The position numbers and the translations under genes are program-made. Below, piece after piece: positions 20,527 to 30,724 of a stretch of 64,000 bases of DNA. The stretch comes from Latescibacteria bacterium UBA6620. GTDB lineage: Bacteria; Latescibacterota; UBA2968. The notes beneath the pieces are model-generated. The model was not told the DNA's origin. It saw only the letters and a list, made by a program, of their open reading frames with translations, and searched no databases. Position 1 is the stretch's first letter. Each line of letters starts with the position of its first letter. Where the stretch lies: the NCBI GenBank assembly GCA_002433075.1, contig DJHM01000042.1:2804-66803 (forward strand), in the 5' to 3' direction.

Positions 20527-21723
20527 GTGTCGGACACCCATCGCTATGCCTCACGCGTCCGATCGATGGCGCCCTCGGCGACCGTCGCCACGACGGCCCT
20601 CGCCGCAGACCTCGTACGACAGGGACGTGATGTCATCCCGATGAGTGCCGGGGAGCCCGACTTCGACACACCTGATCACATCAAGCAAGCCGGAATCCGG
20701 GCGATCCAGGACGGTCAGACCAAGTACACCGCCCCCGCCTCCGGTCTGATCGAACTCAAGGAAGCCATCGCCCGGAAACTCGATCGCGAGAACGGGCTCC
20801 ACTACGATCCGTCACAGATCGTGATCACGTGCGGCGCCAAGCAGGTTATTTTCGCCGCCATCGTTGCTCTCGTCGACCCGGGTGACGAAGTCCTCCTCCC
20901 CGCCCCCCTCTACGTCAGCTACGCAGATCAGGTGAAACTGATGGGGGGCGTGCCCGTCATCATCCCGACCGAACCGGACGCGTTCTGTCTCTCGCCCGAC
21001 CAGTTCCGATCGGCGCTCACCCCTAGATCGAAGCTCATCATCTTCAACAGTCCCTCCAACCCGACCGGCGGCATCTACAGTCGGGCGCAGTTTCAGGCGC
21101 TTGCCGAACTGATTGCCGAGGCGGGACTGTTCACGATCACCGATGAGATCTACGAACATTTCATCTACGGCGATGAAGAGCACGTCTCGCTTGCCGCCTT
21201 GCACCCCGGCGTAGCCGATCGATGCCTCACCGTAAACGGCTTCTCCAAGACCTTCGCCATGACGGGATGGCGAGTGGGCTACGGTGCTGGCCCGGAAGAA
21301 TGGATGAGCCATATCGCCAAGGTTCAGAGTCAGGAAACGACCAACACCTGCACCCTTTCCCAGCACGCCGCCATTGCCGCCCTCGAAGGTCCTCAGGACT
21401 CTGTAGGCACAATGAGGGCCGCGTTCAAGCTGCGACGAAATGCGATCGCCGACGGTCTAAATGAACTCGACAGAGTGACCTGCCCACGACCCAAAGGGGC
21501 GTTTTACGTTTTCCCGAACGTGTCCGGACTGTTCGGAAACACCATCGCCGACGACGTGGAGTTCTGTCGCTACCTGCTGGAGGCAGCTGGCGTGGCCGCC
21601 GTTCCCGGTACCGGATTCAGCGCTCCTGGTTACGTCAGATTCTCCTACACCCTTCCCGACGATCGGCTATCTGACGCGATCGACCGGATACAGACGGCTG
21701 TCACCGCCATTCAGGGATCGTAA
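20527..21723 (+). CDS. Aspartate aminotransferase (class I/II)
   Basis: [34 protein letters not shown]. Confidence 0.88.
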   Translation: MSDTHRYASRVRSMAPSATVATTALAADLVRQGRDVIPMSAGEPDFDTPDHIKQAGIRAIQDGQTKYTAPASGLIELKEAIARKLDRENGLHYDPSQIVITCGAKQVIFAAIVALVDPGDEVLLPAPLYVSYADQVKLMGGVPVIIPTEPDAFCLSPDQFRSALTPRSKLIIFNSPSNPTGGIYSRAQFQALAELIAEAGLFTITDEIYEHFIYGDEEHVSLAALHPGVADRCLTVNGFSKTFAMTGWRVGYGAGPEEWMSHIAKVQSQETTNTCTLSQHAAIAALEGPQDSVGTMRAAFKLRRNAIADGLNELDRVTCPRPKGAFYVFPNVSGLFGNTIADDVEFCRYLLEAAGVAAVPGTGFSAPGYVRFSYTLPDDRLSDAIDRIQTAVTAIQGS

Positions 21724-21725
21724 CG

Positions 21726-22688
21726 ATGCCAAACGGCAAACCTTATCTGGACTTCGAAAAGCCCCTCGAGGAGATCGAGCTGAAGATCGAGGAAATGACG
21801 GCCCACGCAGAATCGGAACACCTCGACATGTCCGCGGAGATCGCCGTCCTCAACCAGCGGCTCGAAAAGGTACGACAGGAGATATACACCGACCTGAGCG
21901 CTTGGCAGAAAGTGCAGATCGCCCGGCATCCGCAGCGACCCTACACGATGGACTATATCGACCTGATCGTCTCAGATTTCATAGAACTACACGGCGATAG
22001 ACTCTACAGGGACGATCCAGCCATTATTGCAGGGTTGGGTCGCATCGACGGGCGACCCGTCGTGGTGATCGGCCAACAAAAGGGGCGGAATACCAAAGAG
22101 AACCTGCATCGCAACTTCGGCATGGCCCATCCTGAGGGGTACCGAAAAGCCCTTCGACTCATGAAAATGGCGGAGAAATTCAGACGGCCTGTCGTTTGCC
22201 TCGTCGATACACCTGGCGCCTATCCCGGAATCGGATCCGAGGAGCGCAGTGTTGCCGAGGCCATCGCACGGAACTTGTTCGATATGGCGCAACTTCGCGT
22301 CCCCATCGTCATCGCCATCATCGGGGAGGGCGCCAGCGGGGGAGCGCTCGGCATCGGAGTCGGCGATACGATTCTGATGATGGAACACGCCTGGTATTCC
22401 GTCATCAATCCGGATTCCTGTTCCCTGATTCTCTGGAGAGACCGTGAGAAAAAGGAAGTCGCTGCCGAAAACATGAAGATCTCAGCCAGCGACCTCGTCG
22501 AGCTCGGCGTGGTCGACCGCATCGTCCCAGAACCCCTCGGGGGAGCCCACAAGGATCCCAACCTCGCCGCCACCAACCTCAAGCAGGCCATCGTCTCGGC
22601 CATCGAAGATCTGAACCGTCGGTCAATCGACGAACTCGTCCCCAGTCGGATCGACAAGTTCGCCCGCATGGGCAAATGGGAAGAGTGA
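21726..22688 (+). CDS. accA: Acetyl-CoA carboxylase carboxyltransferase alpha subunit
   Basis: [37 protein letters not shown]. Confidence 0.97.
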   Translation: MPNGKPYLDFEKPLEEIELKIEEMTAHAESEHLDMSAEIAVLNQRLEKVRQEIYTDLSAWQKVQIARHPQRPYTMDYIDLIVSDFIELHGDRLYRDDPAIIAGLGRIDGRPVVVIGQQKGRNTKENLHRNFGMAHPEGYRKALRLMKMAEKFRRPVVCLVDTPGAYPGIGSEERSVAEAIARNLFDMAQLRVPIVIAIIGEGASGGALGIGVGDTILMMEHAWYSVINPDSCSLILWRDREKKEVAAENMKISASDLVELGVVDRIVPEPLGGAHKDPNLAATNLKQAIVSAIEDLNRRSIDELVPSRIDKFARMGKWEE

Positions 22689-22838
22689 ACCGCGCCGAGC
22701 AAAACGTGAGCCACGCTCCGCCGATTTTGACAGCCGCTTGTCCCCCGTAGTCGTCCATCGTCAGTAAACTCTTGTCAAATATCACCCTTGCGATCCAAGG
22801 TATTTTGCCCGGTCGATCGGGGTGCGCCACACATCGAT

Positions 22839-22858
22839 TTGTGCCTGAAATCGCACAA
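22839..22858. promoter_or_regulatory. Palindromic putative transcription-factor site
   Basis: TTGTGC-N8-GCACAA, about 90 bp upstream of a strong promoter. Confidence 0.35.
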
Positions 22859-22947
22859 CAAAAAAAGTGACGATAACGATGCTTTTGTGTTACAAGACCT
22901 TATCGCAAAACCCAGCCCTGAGGCCCCTAAAATGCGGAAATAAGTGC

Positions 22948-22976
22948 TTGACGCTCCCTGATCACCCGCTTATATT
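22948..22976 (+). promoter_or_regulatory. sigma70-type promoter with no clear downstream CDS
   Basis: TTGACG (22948-22953)-17 nt-TATATT (22971-22976), A/T-rich upstream. Confidence 0.7.
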
Positions 22977-22982
22977 CCTACG

Positions 22983-23490
22983 CAACTCGAAGATAGGAAG
23001 TGGCGTATCTCCTTAATATACAAGGAGATAATACGATTTTTTGCACCCCAGACCAGCTCAGATGGGTCGGGTGGTATCCAGGAGGATTTTCAGACAAAAT
23101 GGCATTTTCATCCCCCAATAAATTGCGCCAAATTGTCACCCCCCCTGTTTCGGACCCAACCCCCTCTCAGCAGTCGAAGTTCTTCCTGACGTCCTCCCCC
23201 ACGTGGATGTCGTTTCATTTACGGAACCCGATCGATCCTGAAATAACCCGAGCGCCATGCTCGGACCCCTTTGGGCGGAGTTGAGGTAGTTCGCTTCGTG
23301 CGTGCGGTGGAGTCCTATCTCTGTTCGGACAGGACTTGGCGATATTGGGGGAGATAGCGCCAGGTTAACGTCCGTCTAAAACCAGAGTGCCCGATTCCTT
23401 AGATGCATCCCGCACATTTCGAAACGGGTTGCTTCCTCCGCCCTCTAAAACAGCGGCGGATGCGCTGAGTCACGCGCATCCGCCGTTTGT
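22983..23490 (+). ncRNA. Candidate large structured non-coding RNA (family not recognised)
   Basis: Promoter at the 5' end, terminator hairpin at the 3' end, nine nested long-range pairings (e.g. TCCCCCAATA 23111-23120 / TATTGGGGGA 23343-23352); G-U pairs favour the + strand. Confidence 0.55.
23454..23490. terminator. Terminator hairpin, probably bidirectional
   Basis: CGGCGGATGCGC (23454-23465) / GCGCATCCGCCG (23474-23485), preceded by AAAA and followed by TTTGT. Confidence 0.7.
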
Positions 23491-25821
23491 GTTCGTGCAA
23501 GGAAAGGCGTGATCCGGTAATTCCCGTCCCAGACGTCTATCCGGATTGCCCCCGCGAGGTCCGTTCGCTCCACGCGAATCTGCTGCGCTTCTTACCGCAG
23601 AACGACTTCCGGCGAGGGGTGCTTGAACTTGTTGTCGGTCCCGCACGAAATCAGGGCCACCTCAGGCCGAACCGCGCTCAGAAACTTGGCCGATGACGAA
23701 GTTCGGGACCCGTGGTGGGTCACCTTAAGGATTTCGGATTGCGCCCTGGCTACCCAGGCCGCGACGACAGAATCTGTTTCGTGTTCGGTGTCTCCCGTCA
23801 GCAGGATGCTCTGATTACCTCTCTGTAGACCCAATACCACAAATCCGTTGTTCCTACCAACCGGCGCCGGCCCCTCGAGGTTTACGAAGGAAGATGTCGG
23901 TAACAGGACCACACCCTCCCAAACCCGAAAGCGAGTCCCCTGCAGCCACCGCAACGTGTTCGACCCCCCGCTCTTCGATCACATCCCATATCCGCTGGGC
24001 CATCCAGGAATCGTACGGCTGCCCGGGATCGATGAAGGTCCCGACCTCCGTGTGTTCGAGGACCGTGATCAGCCCTCCGATATGATCGCTGTGTGGGTGG
24101 GAGGCCACCATAACATCCAGCCGACTCACCCCTGCCTGACGTAGAAACGGAAACACGACACGCTCGCCCGCGTCCTGCCAGTTTGTTCGTGGCCCACAGT
24201 CCACGAGCATCGTCTTTCCGTTCTGAAACCTCAGAAAGATCGCGTCGCCCTGTCCCACATCCAGAACGTGCATCTCCAGTCGGTCTTCACGCCCGAGAAT
24301 ACCGCCCCACGTCTGAGCATTCAGGGCGATCAGTCCCCCGCAGAGGGGAAGCCACCCATATCGGCGACGGACTTCATCGGAAATCAGCAAGCAGACATAG
24401 GCCATCGTCAGCCACGAACTCAATGCGGGGAGGTCAACGTTGCCCAGGTGGGAGAAGCAGCCAGCTTCGTCAGCCACAGCCCCGAGGACAAAAACACCCA
24501 ACTCGCTCCGTTCAGAACCGTGCCCAGCCCAGCCGAGAAGGTCCCACCAACCACGGCCATCAGACCGAGTCCGGTCGCAGCACCGAAAAGCGGCACCACA
24601 ACGAGGTTAGCCGCCAAGTCAACGATGGAAACCGCGCCGAATACGCTTCATAAGGATCGGCATCGTCCCGACCTGAGACGCGACCGACACGACGAGGGGA
24701 TCCAGGAGCACTCGACCGACCGTTCAGTCCTTCGTGGGAAAGACATTTCGTATCGGCTTGTAGAACAGCAGGATGACCCCCGTCGCACCGAACGAGAGTT
24801 GGAAACCCACGTCGAAAAGATGGCCCGGGCGCCAGGCAAGAAGTACGAAAGCCGCGAACCCCAGCCCGTTCAGTGCGTTACCCTCCCGATCGATCAGTCC
24901 ACCGCCAAGGACTGTCGTGGCCATGGTCGCCGCGCGTACCACCGATGCGAATCCACCCGTCACCACCGCATAGGCCCACACCAGACCGAGAGTCAGACAA
25001 CCCGTGAGTCGACGGCCACACCCGACCACCCGAAGTAGGAAAAAGGCGCCCGCCCCGATCAATCCCACGTGCAGCCCTCAGACCGCCAGTACGTGGGCGA
25101 CACCCGCTCGCGTGAACGCCGACCTGACCTCTTCGGCCAGGTCGCTGCGGTCCCCCAGCAACACCCCCTGCAACACGGCTGCGGGATCCTCACTCAGGTG
25201 CCGTCAGATACAGGCCCGAATGTGACGACGCATTGCTCCGATCGACCGTGCTGAATAGGCTCCGCCCTGGCTACTCTCGAGGACAGCGATCTGGCTGGGC
25301 CGCCGCACACCTGCGATGCGATCTATACCGCGAGGTCGGAGGTATCTGGCGTAATCGAACGCTCCAGCGTTCCGTGGAGGACTCGGGTTCTCGAGGGAGG
25401 TGTCAACCCGGACCCGATCTCCAGGGCGCAGGTCGGGAACGAAATCCCGGAACTGCACGAGGACCGTCCCTCTCGCGGGGATCCCGGCTGCAGATCGCAA
25501 GGCGGTGCCCACCCTCGAACCTTTCGGCCGGCGCTCCGGCGCCGTCTGTACGATGCCACTGAAGACGGTCACATCGCGATTCGTCACGTCCGGCGCAGGG
25601 TCCAGGGTGCTCTGGTGACCGCGCAGGATCCCGCAGAGAACGATGAGCACCGTCACGCACGTGGACCAGAGCCCACGCCGACCGTACCGAACCCCTGCGA
25701 CGACCAGGCACCAACACCCGGCCACCCAGCAGAACAGCGCGAACGGAGCGGGATCGATTCACTGGCCGATGAACACACCCGTTCCCAGAAACAGGGCGGC
25801 AGTCAAAGCGGGACACCTCAT
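23490..25821 (-). pseudogene. comEC: ComEC/Rec2 DNA-uptake channel pseudogene
   Basis: Fragments carry AHVLAV*GLHVG, SVVRAA, FDVGFQLSF, LDVGQGDAI, SHPHSDHIGG, TGD, HHGSRTSS, HPSPEVV; several in-frame stops (TGA and TAA) and frameshifts. Confidence 0.92.
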
Positions 25822-25964
25822 CGCACATACGGCCGTGCCAACATCGGGCCTCCAGAACAGGCCCTTCTCAAGCGACCGACCGGCCGGTTTCGTGGAAAGA
25901 ATCTTTCAATTGGAGAAGAGACTTAACCGTTTGTTTCACACATGGTTGTGTCTCCAATAAGTCG

Positions 25965-25993
25965 TTGACTGGCCCTCCGGGGCTTGGTATATT
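25965..25993 (+). promoter_or_regulatory. sigma70-type promoter for the ecfT-truA-...-gatAB run
   Basis: TTGACT-17 nt-TATATT with TG extended -10. Confidence 0.65.
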
Positions 25994-26018
25994 TTCTGGC
26001 CTTCCCCGCAGCTAATTC

Positions 26019-26864
26019 GTGGATTTATACTCACTTACAGACCCCACCGTCGCGAATAATCTGGTGAGTCTACCCCTTTCCAAAGCCATTACATTCGGCC
26101 GATTCGTGCCGGGGAATTCGCCCCTGCACCGCCTGGACCCACGAGCCAAGATCCTGACACTCAGCCTCTGGATCATCGCGCTCACTTTGACCGCTCGGAG
26201 CCCGATGCTGGTTGGCGCATTGCTCGTGTTTATCGTGGCCGCCAGGTTGGGCGAGCTCCCGATCAGGCTGCTGCTCGGCAACTTCAAGCCCTTGATGCCC
26301 GTGCTGCTTCTGACCCTCGCGTTCAACGCCTGGCTCATCGAAGGGCAGGCCATCGTCCTCGCCGGCAAGCCCACCGTCCTGACTATAGAAGGTCTGGAGC
26401 GAGGTCTCTTTCTCTGTCTAAGGCTCTCCGTGATCGTCGTGGGGACATCGCTCCTGACCCTGACAACCTCGCCCCTGTCTCTGGCCGACGGGCTTGAGGA
26501 GCTCCTTAAACCACTGGAGCGCCTGAAACTACCCGTCCACGAACTTGCCCTGACCGGAACGATCGCCCTGCGTTTCATTCCCTACCTGACAGATGAAGCA
26601 GGCAGGATCTACAACGCGCAACGGGCCAGAGGCGCAGACTTCAGCGGGTCTCTGATCAACCGTGCACGCAGGTTGGTTCCATTGCTCGTTCCGCTTTTCG
26701 TTGCCGCCTACGCCCGTGCAGACCGGCTGGCGGTTGCAATGGAAGCAAGGGGCTATGCAGGAGGCCGGGGACGAACCCGGTACCGTATGCTGAAGATGAG
26801 CGGTCTCGATCTCACCGTAACGATGGCCGGCCTGCTCGGCGGAACGCTCGTCTTACTCCAATGA
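26019..26864 (+). CDS. ecfT: Energy-coupling factor transporter transmembrane component T
   Basis: HRLDPRAK, ALRFIP, two Ala-Arg-Gly motifs (AQRARG, AMEARG); upstream of truA; true start may be a few codons later. Confidence 0.9.
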   Translation: MDLYSLTDPTVANNLVSLPLSKAITFGRFVPGNSPLHRLDPRAKILTLSLWIIALTLTARSPMLVGALLVFIVAARLGELPIRLLLGNFKPLMPVLLLTLAFNAWLIEGQAIVLAGKPTVLTIEGLERGLFLCLRLSVIVVGTSLLTLTTSPLSLADGLEELLKPLERLKLPVHELALTGTIALRFIPYLTDEAGRIYNAQRARGADFSGSLINRARRLVPLLVPLFVAAYARADRLAVAMEARGYAGGRGRTRYRMLKMSGLDLTVTMAGLLGGTLVLLQ

Positions 26865-27595
26865 CCGTGCACAACTTCCGACTCAGACTCGAATATGACG
26901 GGACAGAGTTCAGAGGGTGGCAGATCCAACCGGAAGGGCGAACGGTACAGGGTGTGCTCGAAGCCGCGATCGCACAGGTTACGGGCGAAACCGTACGGGT
27001 CCAGGCTGCCGGGCGTACGGACACGGGAGTTCACGCACTCGATCAGGTCGTCAACTTTGATTATGCCGGCGACCGTTCGCCGGAGGAGCTGTCACGCTCG
27101 CTCAACGGTGTCTTGCCTTCTGACGTTACCGTACGGGCTGCCGACATCGCACCTCCCGGGTTCCACGCCCGCTTCGACGCCAGGCTGCGAGCTTACGAGT
27201 ATCGGCTCTCTTCCCGACGGAGAGCCGTGGGTCGCCCCTACACCTGGTGGGTGCGCGCCGATCTCGACCTGGAGGAGATGAACCAGGCCGCCGGTGTTCT
27301 CCTTGGCCGGCACGACTTTACCTCGTTCTGTGTGTCCGCAGAAGAACGTGAATCCCGTGTATGTGAGGTCACACTCTGCAGGTGGCACGCCCCCGACGAT
27401 GACACGCTCGTGTTCGACATCGAAGCCAATCGGTTCGTACGGGCAATGGTCCGAAGCATCGTCGGCACACTCGTCGACGTAGGGCGTGGCAAGAACGAGC
27501 CTTCTATAGCATCGATCCTGGCAGCTCGGGATCGAAGCCAGGCGAGTCCGACCGCACCACCGACCGGTCTCTTTCTCAAGCGTGTGGACTATTGA
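26861..27595 (+). CDS. truA: tRNA pseudouridine(38-40) synthase
   Basis: YDGTEFRGWQ, AGRTDTGVHA, FHARF, MVRSIVG, APPTGLFL. Confidence 0.97.
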   Translation: MTVHNFRLRLEYDGTEFRGWQIQPEGRTVQGVLEAAIAQVTGETVRVQAAGRTDTGVHALDQVVNFDYAGDRSPEELSRSLNGVLPSDVTVRAADIAPPGFHARFDARLRAYEYRLSSRRRAVGRPYTWWVRADLDLEEMNQAAGVLLGRHDFTSFCVSAEERESRVCEVTLCRWHAPDDDTLVFDIEANRFVRAMVRSIVGTLVDVGRGKNEPSIASILAARDRSQASPTAPPTGLFLKRVDY

Positions 27596-28715
27596 GGCGA
27601 ACGTGCTGCGACGCTCCATCACCGTTATGATCCTCACCCTATCCGGGGCGGTCTGGCCTTCTGCCTCCCCAGCGCAGGTTTTCCTGCGGGATGAGATCGC
27701 CACCACGCGACGCAATGCGATCGTCCGGGCCGTCGAGAAAGCCTCCGGTGCTGTCGTCAGCATCAACACACACCGTTACAAGGAGTACCCGCGCTACCGC
27801 GACCCGTTCTGGGGCGATGCGTTCTTCGGCAGTCCGGCCATCATCCGGGAACGAATTCCGAGTGTGGGGTCGGGATTCATCATTCGTGAGGACGGATACA
27901 TCCTCACGAACAGCCACGTCGTCGAAAATGCTCTTGAGATATCCGTCACTTTTCCCGATGGGCGAAAATTCGAGGTGACGGACACGGCCAACAATGTTCT
28001 GATGGATCGTCAGCACGACCTGGCGATCGTTCGTGTCGATGCAGACGGGCTCGAAGTACCCCCACTGGGCAGTTCTGAAGAAGCCATTATCGGGGAGTGG
28101 GTCATCGCCATCGGGAACCCTTTCGGCTTGACGATCCGGGACCCCAAGCCTACCGTCACCGTGGGTGTTGTCAGCGCTGTGGACCGTAATTTTCGACCTG
28201 AAGAGGACGGCCGAATCTACCAGGGAATGATCCAGACCGACGCTTCGATCAATCCCGGGAACAGCGGCGGACCGCTCGTCAACAGCCTGGGCCAGGTCAT
28301 CGGCGTCAACACTTTCATCTTCTCGCAGACCGGGGGTTCGCTCGGGATCGGGTTCGCCATTCCTATCGAGCGGGCACTCGAGGTCGCCAACCGCCTGATC
28401 GAAGGCGGCAGTCCCGATTTCTGGACCGGCCTCGTCATTCACAACAACAACCGGAGGATTGCCCGAGCCATGCGTCTGGCCACGGCCTCCGGAGCCCTGA
28501 TCACGTCGGTCGAGGAAACCAGCCCCGCCCAGAAGGCGGGACTCATCCCCGGTGACGTCATTGTCATGGTCAACGAAGAACTCGTAGACAGTGCGGACAA
28601 GGTCGTGGAGATCTTTCGCGAGGGAAGGGTGGGTGCGGTCTACGGCCTGAGGGTATTGCGAGGTCGGGTCGTGTTCAACGCGAGGCTCGTGCTCGAGCGC
28701 GATCCGAACAGCTGA
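27582..28715 (+). CDS. HtrA/DegP-family serine protease with one PDZ domain
   Basis: Signal peptide, TNSHVV, DLAIV, QTDASINPGNSGGPL, C-terminal PDZ. Confidence 0.93.
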   Translation: MWTIEANVLRRSITVMILTLSGAVWPSASPAQVFLRDEIATTRRNAIVRAVEKASGAVVSINTHRYKEYPRYRDPFWGDAFFGSPAIIRERIPSVGSGFIIREDGYILTNSHVVENALEISVTFPDGRKFEVTDTANNVLMDRQHDLAIVRVDADGLEVPPLGSSEEAIIGEWVIAIGNPFGLTIRDPKPTVTVGVVSAVDRNFRPEEDGRIYQGMIQTDASINPGNSGGPLVNSLGQVIGVNTFIFSQTGGSLGIGFAIPIERALEVANRLIEGGSPDFWTGLVIHNNNRRIARAMRLATASGALITSVEETSPAQKAGLIPGDVIVMVNEELVDSADKVVEIFREGRVGAVYGLRVLRGRVVFNARLVLERDPNS

Positions 28716-28716
28716 T

Positions 28717-29361
28717 ATGCGAATTGCCCGTGAAGCACGGCCATTTCTGCTCGTGACTGGATTACCCGCCCTGGTTGCCGTCTATTGGGCCGTCCAGACG
28801 GCAGGACTGGCGGCCAACCTGCTGACGATACTACTGCTTGTCTTGACGGGATTTATCGCTTTCTTTTTCAGGGATCCCGAAAGGGTCTCCCCGCCCGAAC
28901 CGAACGCGATTCTGGCCTCGGGGGACGGGCGGATCGTAGCCGTCGAGCCGATCGAAGACCCTTGGGTCGGTGACGCGGTCAAGGTCAGCGTTTTCCTGTC
29001 GATTTTTAACGTGCACGTCAACCGGATGCCGTGTGCGGGCAGAGTGGAGCGAGTAGAACACGTCCCCGGACAATTCAAGCTCGCCTTCGTGGACAAGGCC
29101 TCAGAAGACAACGAGCGCACCGAGATCGCCGTCGAAGGGGCGGCGGGACGAGTCATCGTCAAACAAATCGCGGGCTTGATCGCCCGGCGCATTGTTTGTC
29201 GTCTTGTGCCAGAGCAACGTGTCGAAGCCGGGGAACGTTTCGGGTTGATTCGTTTCGGATCCAGAATCGATCACATCCTGCCCGCATCAGCAGAAATTCG
29301 AGTCGCCATAAAAGATCGTGTTCTTGGCGGCGAAACTGTCATCGGAGTCCTTACAACATGA
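28717..29361 (+). CDS. psd: Phosphatidylserine decarboxylase proenzyme
   Basis: FFFRDPER, FNVHVNR, IAGLIARRI, FGSR pyruvoyl cleavage site. Confidence 0.95.
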   Translation: MRIAREARPFLLVTGLPALVAVYWAVQTAGLAANLLTILLLVLTGFIAFFFRDPERVSPPEPNAILASGDGRIVAVEPIEDPWVGDAVKVSVFLSIFNVHVNRMPCAGRVERVEHVPGQFKLAFVDKASEDNERTEIAVEGAAGRVIVKQIAGLIARRIVCRLVPEQRVEAGERFGLIRFGSRIDHILPASAEIRVAIKDRVLGGETVIGVLTT

Positions 29362-30098
29362 CCAAACGAGCGGCGGTTCCGAGTCTCTTCACGATCTGTA
29401 ACCTGTTCTGCGGATTTTTGTCGATCTACTACGCCTCCCGGGGACATCTGGTTCCCGCTTCCTGGCTCATCGTCATCGCGGGATTCCTCGATGCTTTCGA
29501 CGGGAAGATCGCCCGGCTCTTCGACGACGGATCCGACGACGGGCAGTTCGGTCTCCAGTTCGATTCCCTCGCCGACGTCTGCTCCTTCGGGTTTGCCCCT
29601 GCCGTCCTGATGCTCCACTACTTCGAACCCTTGCTGCACATCCGATGGCTCCCCTTCCTCGTGGCGTTCGTCTACCTTCTGTGCGGCGCGTTGCGTCTAG
29701 CTCGATTCAATGTGCATCACGACGTGGACGACGAGGACGCGGTGAAACCCGACTTCATCGGACTCCCGATCCCGGTCGCGGCAGCCACGCTGGCCAGCTA
29801 TATCATCTTCAGTCAGCTGGTCTGGGAAAGCACGCGGGAGCCTCACGTGGCGCTGTCACTCTGCGCTTTCGTCGCGTTCCTGATGATGAGTCCCTTCGAC
29901 TATCCATCGTTTCCGCGGTTTACGTTCGAAACGGCCCGCGACCGCTTTCGTCTGGCCCTGTCTTTCGGAGCACTCGTGATTGTCGTCGTGGCAACCGAGG
30001 AGGCATTCTTCCCCGTAGCCCTGACCTTCTGCCTGTCGGGCGCAATCAGATGGTTGGTCCACATCGTCACGGACCGCGAAGTCGCCGACATCCACTGA
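29358..30098 (+). CDS. pssA: CDP-diacylglycerol--serine O-phosphatidyltransferase
   Basis: DAFDGKIAR...FGLQFDSLAD CDP-alcohol motif, LRLARFN, FIGLPIP; ATG 29358 overlaps the psd stop. Confidence 0.93.
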   Translation: MTKRAAVPSLFTICNLFCGFLSIYYASRGHLVPASWLIVIAGFLDAFDGKIARLFDDGSDDGQFGLQFDSLADVCSFGFAPAVLMLHYFEPLLHIRWLPFLVAFVYLLCGALRLARFNVHHDVDDEDAVKPDFIGLPIPVAAATLASYIIFSQLVWESTREPHVALSLCAFVAFLMMSPFDYPSFPRFTFETARDRFRLALSFGALVIVVVATEEAFFPVALTFCLSGAIRWLVHIVTDREVADIH

Positions 30099-30134
30099 CA
30101 TACCTATCAAGCCGGAGCGCATATCTTACAAGAC

Positions 30135-30416
30135 ATGGGTAGACGCAACGTTGGCTTCCTGATTGTCGCCATTTCCGTCGGAATCCTCGCCGGGAACATC
30201 GTTGGCGAAGTGCTCGGTGTTCTGTTCGAGAACCTGGGCCTGCAGAACAACGTCGTCCAGAAGGTGCTCGTCGATCCGCTTGTCCAGTATGAGTTTTATC
30301 CGATCCGGCTGAATCTGATCGTCATGACAATCACGTTGGGATTCTCACTGAACTTCAATGTGTTGAGCCTGCTCGGAATCGGAACCGCTTGGTACTACGT
30401 CAAGTATTCCTATTAG
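30135..30416 (+). CDS. Small membrane protein, DUF4321-like
   Basis: 93 aa, two hydrophobic segments, 'LNLIVMTITLGFSLNFNVLSLLG' pattern. Confidence 0.65.
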   Translation: MGRRNVGFLIVAISVGILAGNIVGEVLGVLFENLGLQNNVVQKVLVDPLVQYEFYPIRLNLIVMTITLGFSLNFNVLSLLGIGTAWYYVKYSY

Positions 30417-30478
30417 TTAAGTGGTGCGTCTCCCCGCAGGAGGCCGGCGGCATAGCCGCCCCTTGAAAGGAACGACCA

Positions 30479-30715
30479 ATGTTACAGGGCATCGGAACCT
30501 GGGAAATACTCCTCATCTTTCTGGTCGTGTTGCTGGTCTTCGGCGCCAAACGCATCCCGGAAATTGCCAGAGGTATGGGAAAAGGTATTACGGAGTTCAA
30601 GAGGGCCGTCCGGGATGTGAAAGACGAGATCGAAACCGGTACGGAAGCCCCCCCACCATCCAGCTCGGCATCCGCCGATCAGCCGGAGGCGGAGGAAAAG
30701 AAGGTGGAGTCCTGA
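30479..30715 (+). CDS. tatA: Twin-arginine translocase TatA/E
   Basis: IGTWEILLIFLVVLLVFGAKRIPEIARGMGKGITEFK. Confidence 0.95.
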   Translation: MLQGIGTWEILLIFLVVLLVFGAKRIPEIARGMGKGITEFKRAVRDVKDEIETGTEAPPPSSSASADQPEAEEKKVES

Positions 30716-30724
30716 TTCAGGCTG

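Noticed and set aside
23000..23284. 94-aa ORF (or 61 aa from ATG 23099 with GGAGGA upstream) as a protein-coding gene
   Set aside because: Atypical codon usage for this genome, Pro/Ser-rich, no recognisable motif, and start region buried in long-range helices; kept only as an alternative to the ncRNA model
22983..23490. Identification as RNase P RNA, tmRNA, SRP RNA or an rRNA leader
   Set aside because: No GAGGAAAGTCC or terminal P4 motif, no tRNA-like ends or tag peptide, no SRP domain IV motif and no rRNA downstream that I could see
23490..25821. Repeated in-frame TGA codons in comEC as evidence of stop-codon reassignment or Sec
   Set aside because: They fall at non-Cys positions (e.g. 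the Ser of AVSGLH), co-occur with a TAA and frameshifts, and TGA is the normal stop of many intact genes here
29031..29357. N-terminal extension of pssA in the ORF track
   Set aside because: Overlaps psd out of frame; the real start is ATG 29358
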